A stretch of 64,000 nt of DNA from an uncultured Bifidobacterium sp. (GTDB lineage Bacteria > Pseudomonadota > Gammaproteobacteria > Burkholderiales > Burkholderiaceae_D), in contig CAZXDB010000004.1 of the NCBI GenBank assembly GCA_964639465.1, forward strand, positions 29,601-93,600, given 5' to 3'. The notes below the pieces were generated by a model. That model was not told the DNA's origin, did not search any database, and saw nothing but the letters and a program-made list of their open reading frames with translations. The position numbers were made by a program, and so were the translations under genes. This document shows positions 42,043-51,860 of the stretch, piece after piece. Positions within the stretch are counted from its first letter, which is position 1. Every line of letters begins with the position of its first letter.

Positions 42043-44014
42043 GCGCGTCGCGGCCGATACCCTGCATCCTGCGTTATCGGATGCGTTGTCTGCATTGCCA
42101 CCGCGATTACGCAATCCCGCCACGGAAGACGAACTGACAGCGCTGTTGAAGGATGCTGCGCAGGCAGCACCCGGTCTGGAGCCAGCCCTCGGCTCTCATC
42201 TTGGTTTTGTGCTGAACTCCCTTGATGTTGGTGGCTTGCGGCGCTGGATACTGACTGGAATGCGTCTCTATGCAAACCATCCGGGGCAACTTGCGGCTTA
42301 TTTTCGTCTGGAAGATATCGCTGCGGCACAGGCGATGGAGGCTGAAACCAAAGGTACGTCTTTCGAGCGCGCACGTCATTCGCTGCAGTATTTCACGACC
42401 GGATTCGGTCAGGCTGATTTATCGCTCGCAGCACGCCGTCAGCGCAGCCTGAATGCGCTGCCGCTGCGCCCGGTGATCAGCCAAGGTACTTTGTTACTAC
42501 CCGATCACTATCTCGCTTGGGATGGTGCGACCCGGGGAAATATCTATCGTGCCGCAGTGGCTCATGCATTGGCGCACTTGCAGTACTCGCCACGTCACCA
42601 GCCAGCAGGCAAAAAAAAGCCTTTACTGATCGCGGTGCTGTCTTTGATCGAAGATGCGCGTGTCGAGCGATTGGCGATTCAGCGTTTTCCAGGGCTATGG
42701 TCATTATGGGGCTGCTTCCATACCGTCTATGGTGAGAATAATGACCTCACTTTCTTTTCGCTCGCTGCGCGCTTGTCGCGCGCCTTGCATGATCCTGGTT
42801 ATCAAGACCAGAACCACTGGGTAAACAAGGGGCGCGAATTATTCGAGGCAGAAGCGGTACTGGGACTGGATGATCCAGAGCGTTTCGCTGAGGTCGGAAA
42901 AATACTTGGCAATGACCTCGGTCAGATGCGCGTGCGCTTCGTGCAAGACCTATACGCTGTGCAACCGGCCTATCGCGACGACAACAGCTTCCTTTGGGAA
43001 TTCGAGCAGGACGCACCGCCCGACACACCGCCCGAAGAAAGTCTGTCGCGTTCCTCGGTACAGATAGAAGCGACTGATCAAAAAGCTGAGACAGCGATGC
43101 ATGTCTCACCGATTGAGCAGCCACCGGGTCAGCGCTTTGTTTATCCGGAGTGGGACTATTGTGAAAATCAGTTGCGTCACGCGTGGGCCACCGTGCATGA
43201 TCGTCTGGCGCGCGATGCTACAGAGATTGTTTCCAATGGTCGCCAACGTAGCTTGGTGCGCGGCGTATCGCTCGATACGCGTTCTCGTACCCTCGACCGA
43301 GCGGTACGGCTACGCCGCCAGCACGAAGGTGAATCACTTGACTTGAATGCGGCCGTCGAGAGCCGGATTAGTTGGCGCGCGCGCATCACCCCGGATCCGA
43401 GGATCTTTCAGCGTCCGGGCAAGCGGCGTCGACACGCTGCGATTTTGTTGCTGGTCGATCTTTCCGAGTCGACCAATGATCGCGTCAAGGGCTTTACCTC
43501 GATATTGGACGTCGAGAAACAGGCTGCAGATCTTTTGTCACAATCCATTGATACCGACTATGACCGTCTGGCGATTGATGGCTTTCATTCAGATGGTCGT
43601 GAAAAGGTCCATTATCTGCGGCTGAAAGAATTCGATGAGCCGTATGGTGAGCCACAACGTAGAGTGCTGATGCGGCAGCAGGGCTCGCTATCAACGCGGA
43701 TGGGTGCCGCATTAAGGCATGCCGGGTTTCGTTTACATCAGCAGCGGGCAGAAAAGCGCATATTGCTGCTAGTGACGGATGGTGAGCCATCAGATATTGA
43801 TGTCGTTGATAGGGATTATCTGGTCGAAGATGCCCGTCATGCGGTACATTACCTTGGTATGAAAGGTGTTACGGTTTTTGGACTGACCCTGGATAAGGCT
43901 GCCGGTTCGTATATGAAAAAGATTTTCGGTGCCCGCAACTACACTATTGTTGATAATGCACTTTCTTTACCAGTTCAGTTGACGCGAACCTTGGCTCAGA
44001 TTGCTGCACGCTGA
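42023..44014 (+). CDS. VWA domain protein of CbbO/NorD architecture
   Basis: The ORF runs 41927..44014. The probable ATG at 42023 overlaps the AAA+ gene by 20 nt. The C-terminal VWA domain carries the MIDAS motif [10 protein letters not shown]...[11 protein letters not shown]. Confidence 0.8.
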   Translation: MLTSVSERVAADTLHPALSDALSALPPRLRNPATEDELTALLKDAAQAAPGLEPALGSHLGFVLNSLDVGGLRRWILTGMRLYANHPGQLAAYFRLEDIAAAQAMEAETKGTSFERARHSLQYFTTGFGQADLSLAARRQRSLNALPLRPVISQGTLLLPDHYLAWDGATRGNIYRAAVAHALAHLQYSPRHQPAGKKKPLLIAVLSLIEDARVERLAIQRFPGLWSLWGCFHTVYGENNDLTFFSLAARLSRALHDPGYQDQNHWVNKGRELFEAEAVLGLDDPERFAEVGKILGNDLGQMRVRFVQDLYAVQPAYRDDNSFLWEFEQDAPPDTPPEESLSRSSVQIEATDQKAETAMHVSPIEQPPGQRFVYPEWDYCENQLRHAWATVHDRLARDATEIVSNGRQRSLVRGVSLDTRSRTLDRAVRLRRQHEGESLDLNAAVESRISWRARITPDPRIFQRPGKRRRHAAILLLVDLSESTNDRVKGFTSILDVEKQAADLLSQSIDTDYDRLAIDGFHSDGREKVHYLRLKEFDEPYGEPQRRVLMRQQGSLSTRMGAALRHAGFRLHQQRAEKRILLLVTDGEPSDIDVVDRDYLVEDARHAVHYLGMKGVTVFGLTLDKAAGSYMKKIFGARNYTIVDNALSLPVQLTRTLAQIAAR

Positions 44015-44067
44015 TAAACCGATGTTTAAATAAGGCATGGTACTGCTGATGTGTTGGAACAATAAAC

Positions 44068-45222
44068 ATGGCGAATAAAGATCCGGTCAAAGTGGGTGTC
44101 TTGTACTCGCAGACTGGCGTGACCTCGGCTATCGAGTCTTCCCAGCGACTGGGGACGCTGCTTGCTATCGAAGAGATCAATGATCACGGTGGCATCGATG
44201 GACGCGAGATTGTCGCCATTGAGTATGATGCAGCTTCAGATCCCTTCCAGTTTCGTAACTTGGCCGAGCGCCTGGTGGCCATTGATAACGTCAATGTGAT
44301 TTTCGGCTGCTACATGTCAAGCACGCGCAAGGCGGTGACGCCAATTGTTGAGAAATACAATCGAATTCTGTTTTACGCGACCCTCTACGAAGGCTTCGAG
44401 TTTTCGAATAACATCATCTATACAGGCGCCGCACCAAATCAAAATAGTGTGCAGCTTGCTGATTTCATGATGTCCATGTTTGGTGGTCAGGTTTACTTGG
44501 TTGGATCAGATTATATCTACCCGTACGAGTCTAACCGGATCATGTCGGACCTGGTCCATCAGCGTCCTGGTGGCAGCATCGTTGCTCAGCGCTATGTGCC
44601 ATTGAATGCGGGGCCGAAGGACTTTGAAAGTATCGTCGCCCAGATCAAGGAACTGCAGCCGGATTTCATCTTCTCTACCGTAGTCGGCGATGCGACCCAG
44701 CATCTCTATCGTGCCTATGCCGAGGCGGGGCTGGATCCGAAATCAATGCCGATTGCGAGCCTTACGACCTCCGAGGTTGAGGTCGCACAAATGGGCGCGG
44801 CTGCTGGGGCGGGGCACTTTACCGCGGCGCCGTACTTCACCTCGATTGACTCAGTTGAAAATCATCGTGTTCTACAGCGCTTCCGTGCGCGATTCGGTGA
44901 CGAGATTCGACCCAATGCGTGCTGGGAGGCTGCGTATTTTCAGGTTCATCTCTTCGCTTATGCAATGCGCGGTGCGGGTACGGATAGTGTGCCTGTCTTG
45001 ATGCCCCAAATTCTTGAAAGTGAATTTCTCGCGCCGCAGGGGCGGGTGCGCGTCGAGCCGTCCAATCATCACACCCACTTGTATCCACGAATTGGGCGGG
45101 TTAATTCGAAGGGCGAGTTTGCCATCGTTCGCGCATCGAAGAATGCGGTTGTGCCTGACCCTTACCTGGTCACGCATTCATTGGGCGACTGGACGCTTGT
45201 CCTCGAGACCTTGCAGGATTAA
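44068..45222 (+). CDS. amiC: aliphatic amidase expression-regulating protein AmiC (cytoplasmic amide sensor, SBP fold)
   Basis: 384 aa with no signal peptide. VKVGVLYSQTGVTSAIESSQRLGTLLAIEEIN...GCYMSSTRKAVTPIVE...GSDYIYPYESNRIM parallels P. aeruginosa AmiC. Confidence 0.9.
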   Translation: MANKDPVKVGVLYSQTGVTSAIESSQRLGTLLAIEEINDHGGIDGREIVAIEYDAASDPFQFRNLAERLVAIDNVNVIFGCYMSSTRKAVTPIVEKYNRILFYATLYEGFEFSNNIIYTGAAPNQNSVQLADFMMSMFGGQVYLVGSDYIYPYESNRIMSDLVHQRPGGSIVAQRYVPLNAGPKDFESIVAQIKELQPDFIFSTVVGDATQHLYRAYAEAGLDPKSMPIASLTTSEVEVAQMGAAAGAGHFTAAPYFTSIDSVENHRVLQRFRARFGDEIRPNACWEAAYFQVHLFAYAMRGAGTDSVPVLMPQILESEFLAPQGRVRVEPSNHHTHLYPRIGRVNSKGEFAIVRASKNAVVPDPYLVTHSLGDWTLVLETLQD

Positions 45223-45872
45223 TGGCACAGCCAAAGACATCAACGCGTTCTACCATGCGCGTAATACGCGAGGCGCCACAGATTTTGCGCGACCTTCGTT
45301 CACTGCGTGTATGTGTATTTCACCCGCGTGATCAAGACGGTCAGGGCTTGACTCGTCAATTAGAGCGCATCGGTTGTCAGGTGCAGGCGTTTTGGCCGCC
45401 GCTTCCCGATTTGCCCGAAGGTACCGACGTGGTCTTTCTTGCCTTGTCACCGGATATACTCGGTGCGGACTTTGCGTGGTGCCAACGTGAAGATAGGCCA
45501 CCCATCATCGCCGTGATCGCCTACGAAAATCCAACCTTGATCGAAGCAGTGCTTCGGCTTGGCGCGATCGCCACTGTGGCGTCACCCGTACGGTCGTTTG
45601 GCTTGTTATCGGTACTGGTGCTGGCGCGCGACTGGCACGACACAGTCAAAAAACAGCGAAAGCGTATCACCCAGTTGGAGGCAAAGCTGCGAGGTGCGCG
45701 GCAGATCGCCGAGGCACAAGAGATTCTCTGTACACAGCATGGAATTTCAAAGGAAGAGGCCTACCACGTGATTCGCGAGCAGGCGATGCAGAAGCGAGTG
45801 ACTGCAGAAGAGATTGCGCGCTCAATTATTAATGCCAATGAAATCTTGAGCGTCAAAAAACTGCGCTCCTGA
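45222..45872 (+). CDS. amiR: ANTAR-domain antiterminator AmiR
   Basis: 216 aa. There is a TAATG overlap with amiC. The C-terminal ANTAR region reads ARQIAEAQEILCTQHGISKEEAYHVIREQAMQKRVTAEEIARSII. Confidence 0.9.
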   Translation: MAQPKTSTRSTMRVIREAPQILRDLRSLRVCVFHPRDQDGQGLTRQLERIGCQVQAFWPPLPDLPEGTDVVFLALSPDILGADFAWCQREDRPPIIAVIAYENPTLIEAVLRLGAIATVASPVRSFGLLSVLVLARDWHDTVKKQRKRITQLEAKLRGARQIAEAQEILCTQHGISKEEAYHVIREQAMQKRVTAEEIARSIINANEILSVKKLRS

Positions 45873-45891
45873 ATTCCGTAAGCGCTACTGG

Positions 45892-46440
45892 TCAAAGGCT
45901 TTTAATCAGACCAAGAATGTCTCGAAATGCAGGATGATCTGCATGGCCCATCCACTCAAACAGTGCCATCTCGGTCGAGATGACCGGTACTCCCTGCTGC
46001 CGCAAGCGATGTGCAGCGTGCTCTTTATTCTGAGCATGCCGCGAAGCGACCGCATCAGCAACAAAATATGGTTTGTAGCCATGCTCTACCAAGCCCAGTA
46101 CCGTTTGCAGCACGCAGACATGTGCCTCCATGCCGGTCACCACGATCTGGCTTTTGCCTAGGCGCTTGAGCGTTTGCATGATGGCAGCATCATCGGCGCA
46201 TGAGAAATGTCGCTTGTGGAGTATTTCATCGTCCTTCAGCAGTGCCCGCAAATCGGCGACGGTTGGTCCGATTTTTTCCGCACAATGCTCGCTGGCAAAG
46301 ACAGGAATATCCAGTTGGCGGGCAGCTCGGATCAAGGCGCTGTTCGCCTGGATTGCCGATTCAGATTTGTGCATGGCAGGTGCCAAGCGGCTTTGAATAT
46401 CTACCACCAGCAGGGCTGTCGAATCGCGATGTAGTCGCAT
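45892..46440 (-). CDS. isochorismatase-family cysteine hydrolase
   Basis: 182 aa. It carries LLVVDIQ and the nucleophile context VVTGMEAHVCVLQT. Confidence 0.8.
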   Translation of the reverse strand: MRLHRDSTALLVVDIQSRLAPAMHKSESAIQANSALIRAARQLDIPVFASEHCAEKIGPTVADLRALLKDDEILHKRHFSCADDAAIMQTLKRLGKSQIVVTGMEAHVCVLQTVLGLVEHGYKPYFVADAVASRHAQNKEHAAHRLRQQGVPVISTEMALFEWMGHADHPAFRDILGLIKSL

Positions 46441-46623
46441 GGTTTAGCTCAGATTCAAGTAATTATCGTCTTGATAAATGGGGAGTGACGCGCGACGGTA
46501 TGCCCGCCTAAAACTCCCTCGTTTTTACTGCTGATTTTCTTGCCGGCAAGCCGCCTGTTCGGTAGACTCACCTTAGCGAAACTTGCTTCTCCACACAAGG
46601 ATTTTCATTTTGCCGACCGCCTC

Positions 46624-47073
46624 ATGCTTAAACTATTAGAAGTTGTCGGGCCGGTAACCGACCCGGTCATCGCCGATCAATTGCACCACCTGGAACACCA
46701 TGGGCGGGTCGAGTACATCACGCTTTCTGAAGAGGATACGCAGCGTCGTCGCTTGCGTGTCATGACAGATGCCGGCACCGAATGTGCGCTAATGCTCGAT
46801 CGCTCGGCGCAACTCTATGATGGTGCTGTGATGTTGTTGACCGAGGAGCGCGCGGTGGTCGTGCGTACGCAAGAGCCAGATTGGTTGCGTATACAGCCGC
46901 GTGATACTGCAGCAGCGCTCGAGATTGGCTACTTCTCAGGCAACATGCATTGGACAGTGCGATTTGCAGGCGATGTCATCGAGATCGCAATGCAGGGCGA
47001 AGCAGCAAGCTATCTCGAGCGGTTGGCACCGTTTTTATCGGATGGTCGGGCGAGACATGTCCACAGCCACTGA
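46624..47073 (+). CDS. ureE: urease accessory protein UreE-like (no His-rich tail)
   Basis: The ORF runs 46540..47073 with a TTG start. I prefer the ATG at 46624. EIGYFSGNMHWTVRF resembles the UreE core (H..GNRH). The protein ends ARHVHSH. Confidence 0.65.
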   Translation: MLKLLEVVGPVTDPVIADQLHHLEHHGRVEYITLSEEDTQRRRLRVMTDAGTECALMLDRSAQLYDGAVMLLTEERAVVVRTQEPDWLRIQPRDTAAALEIGYFSGNMHWTVRFAGDVIEIAMQGEAASYLERLAPFLSDGRARHVHSH

Positions 47074-47764
47074 TATCGTCAGCCAGCTAAGTGCGCTACA
47101 GCACGCTGATAGCTTTTTCCCGAGTGGTGCGATCTCATTCTCACAAGGTTTGGAAACCTTGTACGCTGACCGGGAAGTGAAAGATGCCGAGACACTTTCG
47201 ACATTCGTCGAGGGTCAGTTGCTCTATCGGTGGGCCTCAATGGAGGCGCCGGCGATGGTGCTGGCGCATCGTGCTGCAGGTGATCTTGCGGTATTAGCCG
47301 ATATTGATGCTGAAGTTGAGGCGATGAGTCTGGCGACTGAGTTGCGTGATGGCTCGCGTCGGGCCGGTGGTGCTCTGCTCAGTGTGCATGAGAAATTGGA
47401 GACTACCCAAGCCTCAGCTTATCGCGTTCTGGTCGCAGAAAAAAAAGCCTTTGGTCATTTGCCGGTAGCGCAGGGTCTGGTGTGGTGGGCCATGGGTATT
47501 TTTGAACAAGACGCGCGTGCTATCTCTGCGCACCTGCTGTGTACCGGCTCGATCAGCGCTGCATTGCGCCTTGGCGTGATCGGTCACCTGGATGCGCAGC
47601 GAGTATTACTGAGAGTGCGCAGCACAGTCGTTCAATTGTTATCTGCGCCGTTCGCAACTCCCATCCGGGATGTACAAGGATTTGATTTTCACGCGTACAC
47701 TCCAGCGACTGAAATCGCCGCAATGCGTCATGAAGTTCATGATGCACGTTTGTTTGCCAACTAA
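47057..47764 (+). CDS. ureF: urease accessory protein UreF
   Basis: The ORF runs 46901..47764. An ATG at 47057 (or 47042) overlaps the ureE end. [23 protein letters not shown] is typical of UreF. Confidence 0.8.
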   Translation: MSTATDIVSQLSALQHADSFFPSGAISFSQGLETLYADREVKDAETLSTFVEGQLLYRWASMEAPAMVLAHRAAGDLAVLADIDAEVEAMSLATELRDGSRRAGGALLSVHEKLETTQASAYRVLVAEKKAFGHLPVAQGLVWWAMGIFEQDARAISAHLLCTGSISAALRLGVIGHLDAQRVLLRVRSTVVQLLSAPFATPIRDVQGFDFHAYTPATEIAAMRHEVHDARLFAN

Positions 47765-47784
47765 ATTTTTTATACGGAGGCTTT

Positions 47785-48474
47785 ATGCTGCTTACGCCGA
47801 CCGAACTTGAACGACTCACGATTTATACCTCGGCAGAAATTGCGCGAAAGCGCCGCAATAAAGGTTTAAAGCTTAGCTATCCGGAAGCCACAGCGATTAT
47901 CGCTGACGAGATTCTCGAAGGCGCGCGTGAGGGTCGCTCGGTCGCCGAGCTAATCTCGTTCGGGTCCACGATACTCAATTCTGACGATGTCATGCCTGGT
48001 GTCCCAGCCTTGATGCCGGTTCTGCAAGTGGAAGCCACTTTCCCCGACGGTACAAAGCTGGTGACAGTTCATGAACCGGTTCGCGCTGGGAAGCACCAGA
48101 TAGACAGTGTGATGCCGGGCGAGATCATTACACCCGAAGGTGATATTGAACTCAATGTCGGCAGACCCACTATCGTGCTGCGTGCCACCAATACCGGCGA
48201 CCGCCCGATACAAATCGGTAGTCATTTCCATTTCTTCGAGGTTAATAAGGCGCTCGAATTCGATCGCGCAGCTGCGTTTGGTATGCGACTCGATATTCCG
48301 GCTGGCACGGCAGTTCGCTTTGAGCCCGGTGAGGCGAAAGAATTCACCCTGACAACCTTCGGCGGCAGCCGCGAGATTTATGGCTTGAACAGTCTCACCG
48401 ATGGCACCACCGGCGACGACCGGAAGGCCGCCGCATTAGAGGCGGCAAGAAAAAAGGGCTTCAAGGGCGCATGA
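47785..48474 (+). CDS. ureAB: fused urease gamma-beta subunit
   Basis: 229 aa, preceded by the RBS GGAGG. The N-terminus [35 protein letters not shown] is the gamma subunit. The C-terminal half, [44 protein letters not shown], is the beta subunit. Confidence 0.9.
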   Translation: MLLTPTELERLTIYTSAEIARKRRNKGLKLSYPEATAIIADEILEGAREGRSVAELISFGSTILNSDDVMPGVPALMPVLQVEATFPDGTKLVTVHEPVRAGKHQIDSVMPGEIITPEGDIELNVGRPTIVLRATNTGDRPIQIGSHFHFFEVNKALEFDRAAAFGMRLDIPAGTAVRFEPGEAKEFTLTTFGGSREIYGLNSLTDGTTGDDRKAAALEAARKKGFKGA

Positions 48475-48552
48475 GCTCGCTGCATGCAAAACGCTGGTAT
48501 TCAATAACCCCAGTCGCGCTGAACTGGTGCGATATTCTGCGGAGCAAAGCTG

Positions 48553-50265
48553 ATGGCAAAGATGACGAGGCGCGAATATGCTGCCATGTATGGCCCAACC
48601 AAAGGTGACGCAGTTCGTCTAGGCGATACCTCACTGTTTGCAGAGATCGAGCATGATTACGCGGTGCCGGGCGACGAATGCCTGCACGGCGGAGGTAAAA
48701 CACTGCGCGATGGTATGGGACTGAAAGCGGGGCATGACAGCGCCGATGGTGCGCTTGATATGCTGATCTGCAATGCCACGATCATTGATCCTGTCATCGG
48801 GATTGTCAAAGGCGATATCGGCATCAAGGATGGCAAGATCGTCGCTATCGGCAAGGCCGGCAACCCGGAAGTGATGGATGGTGTGCATCCGAAACTCATC
48901 TGCGGTGTTTCGACCACAGTGCGTGATGCCGAGGGTTTGATTGCCACGCCGGGTGGTATTGATGTGCATGTGCACTTCGATTCCTCGCAGTTGTGTGAGC
49001 ATGCGATTTCCAGTGGCCTGACGACACTCATCGGCGGTTCACTAGGTCCAATTACAGTAGGTATTGATTGCGGTGGCGAGTGGAACGTCGGCAAAATGTT
49101 GCAAGCATCCGAGAGCTGGCCGATCAATTTCGGTTTTCTGGGGCGTGGTAATTCTTCCAAGCCGCAGTCACTGATCGGACAGCTGCGTGGTGGTTGCCTC
49201 GGGCTTAAGATCCATGAAGACTGGGGTGCGATGCCGGCGACGATCGATACGTGTTTATCGGTCGCCGATGAATATGACTTTCAGGTGCAGTTGCATACCG
49301 ACACACTGAATGAATCCGGCTTTCTGGAAGACACGCTGGCCGCGATGAAGGGACGGACCATCCACATGTATCACACCGAGGGTGCGGGTGGTGGCCATGC
49401 GCCTGACATCATCGCGGTAGCGGGGCAATCAAACTGCCTGCCGTCGTCTACAAATCCAACTAATCCGTTCACCATCAATACTTTTGATGAGCATCTCGAC
49501 ATGATCATGGTGTGTCATCACCTCAATCCTGCGGTGCCGGAAGATGTTGCATTCGCCGAATCACGGATTCGTGCGCAGACCATCGCCGCCGAAGATGTGT
49601 TGCATGATATGGGCGCAATTTCTATGCTCGGCTCGGATAGTCAGGGTATGGGGCGAATCAATGAGGTGATCACGCGTACCTGGCAGCTGGCCTCGAAAAT
49701 GAAAGATCAGCGTGGTCGTCTACCAGAAGAAAAATCACGTATCGGTGATAACGAGCGAATCAAGCGCTATATCTCGAAGTACACCATCAACGCTGCCAAG
49801 ACCTTTGGCATTGACCAGTATGTTGGCTCGCTTGAAGACGGCAAGATCGCCGATATCGTACTCTGGCGTCCCGGCTTTTTTGGCGTTAAGCCAGAGTTGG
49901 TGGTGAAGGGCGGCTTCATCGCTTGGGGCGCGATGGGTGATTCGGCTGCATCACTGATGACTTGCGAGCCGATCATCATGCGGCCGCAATGGGGTGCATT
50001 CGGCGAAGCAAAGAAAGCACTGTCGGTGAACTTCGTGAATCAACTCGCGGTGCAAGCCAATACTGGTGCCAAGCTTGGTCTGACAAAGCAGCTACTGCCA
50101 GCTTTTGGTACCCGCAATCTGAACAAATCTCACATGCTGCATAACGATGCCTGCCCGAATATCACGGTGAATCCGCAGACCTTTGATGTCATGATCGATG
50201 GCCGCGTCATTACTTGCGAACCGGCCAGCGTCGTGCCGCTGTGTCAGCGCTACATGTTCCGCTAA
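48553..50265 (+). CDS. ureC: urease alpha (catalytic) subunit
   Basis: 570 aa. Canonical Ni-site motifs are present: [46 protein letters not shown] and SDSQGMGR. Confidence 0.95.
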   Translation: MAKMTRREYAAMYGPTKGDAVRLGDTSLFAEIEHDYAVPGDECLHGGGKTLRDGMGLKAGHDSADGALDMLICNATIIDPVIGIVKGDIGIKDGKIVAIGKAGNPEVMDGVHPKLICGVSTTVRDAEGLIATPGGIDVHVHFDSSQLCEHAISSGLTTLIGGSLGPITVGIDCGGEWNVGKMLQASESWPINFGFLGRGNSSKPQSLIGQLRGGCLGLKIHEDWGAMPATIDTCLSVADEYDFQVQLHTDTLNESGFLEDTLAAMKGRTIHMYHTEGAGGGHAPDIIAVAGQSNCLPSSTNPTNPFTINTFDEHLDMIMVCHHLNPAVPEDVAFAESRIRAQTIAAEDVLHDMGAISMLGSDSQGMGRINEVITRTWQLASKMKDQRGRLPEEKSRIGDNERIKRYISKYTINAAKTFGIDQYVGSLEDGKIADIVLWRPGFFGVKPELVVKGGFIAWGAMGDSAASLMTCEPIIMRPQWGAFGEAKKALSVNFVNQLAVQANTGAKLGLTKQLLPAFGTRNLNKSHMLHNDACPNITVNPQTFDVMIDGRVITCEPASVVPLCQRYMFR

Positions 50266-50285
50266 ACCTTTTCAGTCTTAACACC

Positions 50286-50945
50286 ATGAACGACTTGACA
50301 CCTGCTGCTGCGCTTTCCAAAGCCGCCAAGACTCACCCTGGTCCGGCTCGCGTGGGTATTGGTGGCCCGGTGGGTTCCGGCAAGACGCGATTGCTCGAGC
50401 AGTTGATTCCGCGCTTCCGTGCACGCGGTACCAATCTGGCGGTGATCACGAATGATCTGACCACCAAGGAAGATGCCGACCGTGTGCGTCGCAGCGGACT
50501 AATCGAGCCCGAGCGTGTGCTGGCGGTGGAAACCGGTGCCTGCCCGCATACCGCGATCCGCGAAGATCCCACGCTGAATATTCAAGCCGCAGAGGAACTC
50601 AGCATTAAATACCCTGGGTTAGACCTCATCCTGATCGAATCCGGTGGCGACAATCTTGCATCGACTTTCTCTTTTGATTTAGTCGATTATTGGATTTTTG
50701 TGATTGATGTGGCTGGTGGTGATGACATCCCGCGAAAACGTGGTCTGGGCGTCCTCACTTGCGATCTGCTGGTTATTAATAAAATCGACCTTGCCCCGCA
50801 TGTGAATGTCGATTTGCCGCGCATGATTCGCGAGGCGCATGAAGTACGTGCGGGTCGACCAGTGCTTGAGACTAACTGTGCCAAGGGCGACGGTGTGGAT
50901 CAGATCGTGGAGCGTATCGCCAGCGACGTGCTGTTCGATCGTTAG
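50286..50945 (+). CDS. ureG: urease accessory GTPase UreG
   Basis: The ORF runs 50214..50945, with an internal ATG at 50286. The P-loop is [16 protein letters not shown] and NKIDLAP are also present. Confidence 0.9.
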   Translation: MNDLTPAAALSKAAKTHPGPARVGIGGPVGSGKTRLLEQLIPRFRARGTNLAVITNDLTTKEDADRVRRSGLIEPERVLAVETGACPHTAIREDPTLNIQAAEELSIKYPGLDLILIESGGDNLASTFSFDLVDYWIFVIDVAGGDDIPRKRGLGVLTCDLLVINKIDLAPHVNVDLPRMIREAHEVRAGRPVLETNCAKGDGVDQIVERIASDVLFDR

Positions 50946-50967
50946 CCTCATCATCTAGTATTTTATT

Positions 50968-51813
50968 GTGACTATCACTTCCGTTTTCAAGCCGCAGGCT
51001 TTCATTGAGTTCGTGCAACACCCGAATGGTAATACCGGTGTCGGGCGGCAGCTTGTGGGCTATCCCTTTCATCTGGGTAGAACCTTGCGTTTTGCTGGTG
51101 ATCCGGCGGGTATGTCGTCGCTCTATCTTCAATCCTGCTCGGGCGGTATTTTTCAAGGTGATGATCTTGGCTTGCGCTTCGTTGCGCAGGCTGGCACGCA
51201 AGCCCATCTGACTTCTGCAGCGTCTACCATCGTGCACACCATGAACGATGGCCGAGAGGCTAGACATCGGGTGTTGATCGAAGCTGAGCCAGATTCCTTG
51301 CTCGAGTATTTGCCAGATCCCTTGGTGATGTTCCCGCGCTCGAACTTGCAGAACGAAGTCCTGGTGCAATTGCACCCCGGCGCACGTGTGCTCCTGGGCG
51401 AGGCTTTGGTCTTGCATGACCCCGATCTGAGTGGTCAGGTATTTGATAGCTATGTGTCAGAAACGCTTGTGCGGAATGAGGCTGGGCGTTTGTTGGTGCG
51501 AGATCGGTTTCGAATTGATGGCGACACATTACGAAGCAGCCGACCTGGCATCAATGGACGCTACCAGGCGCAGGCAAGCTTCTTTGCGTTAACCACTTCC
51601 GACCCGGCACCTGCACTAGTGGCTGCTTTGCGTCAGGCGATTGAACCGATTGCAGGTGTATATGCTTCTGCATCAGCGCTGCCGAATGGCGCCGGCGCAT
51701 GGATGAGATTACTTGCCGATGATGCCATCGGCCTGCGGCAGGCGATGCATGCTGCCTGGGCAGCGATGCGCATTGAATTCACCGGGCTAACGCCAGCGAG
51801 AAAACGGAAGTAA
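50968..51813 (+). CDS. ureD: urease accessory protein UreD/UreH
   Basis: 281 aa with a GTG start. Its position and sequence (LQSCSGGIFQGDDL...) fit UreD. Confidence 0.75.
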   Translation: MTITSVFKPQAFIEFVQHPNGNTGVGRQLVGYPFHLGRTLRFAGDPAGMSSLYLQSCSGGIFQGDDLGLRFVAQAGTQAHLTSAASTIVHTMNDGREARHRVLIEAEPDSLLEYLPDPLVMFPRSNLQNEVLVQLHPGARVLLGEALVLHDPDLSGQVFDSYVSETLVRNEAGRLLVRDRFRIDGDTLRSSRPGINGRYQAQASFFALTTSDPAPALVAALRQAIEPIAGVYASASALPNGAGAWMRLLADDAIGLRQAMHAAWAAMRIEFTGLTPARKRK

Positions 51814-51860
51814 TCCTATCCGCTGCGCTGGCAAGTGATCAAACGCTACTTGAAGTTCTT

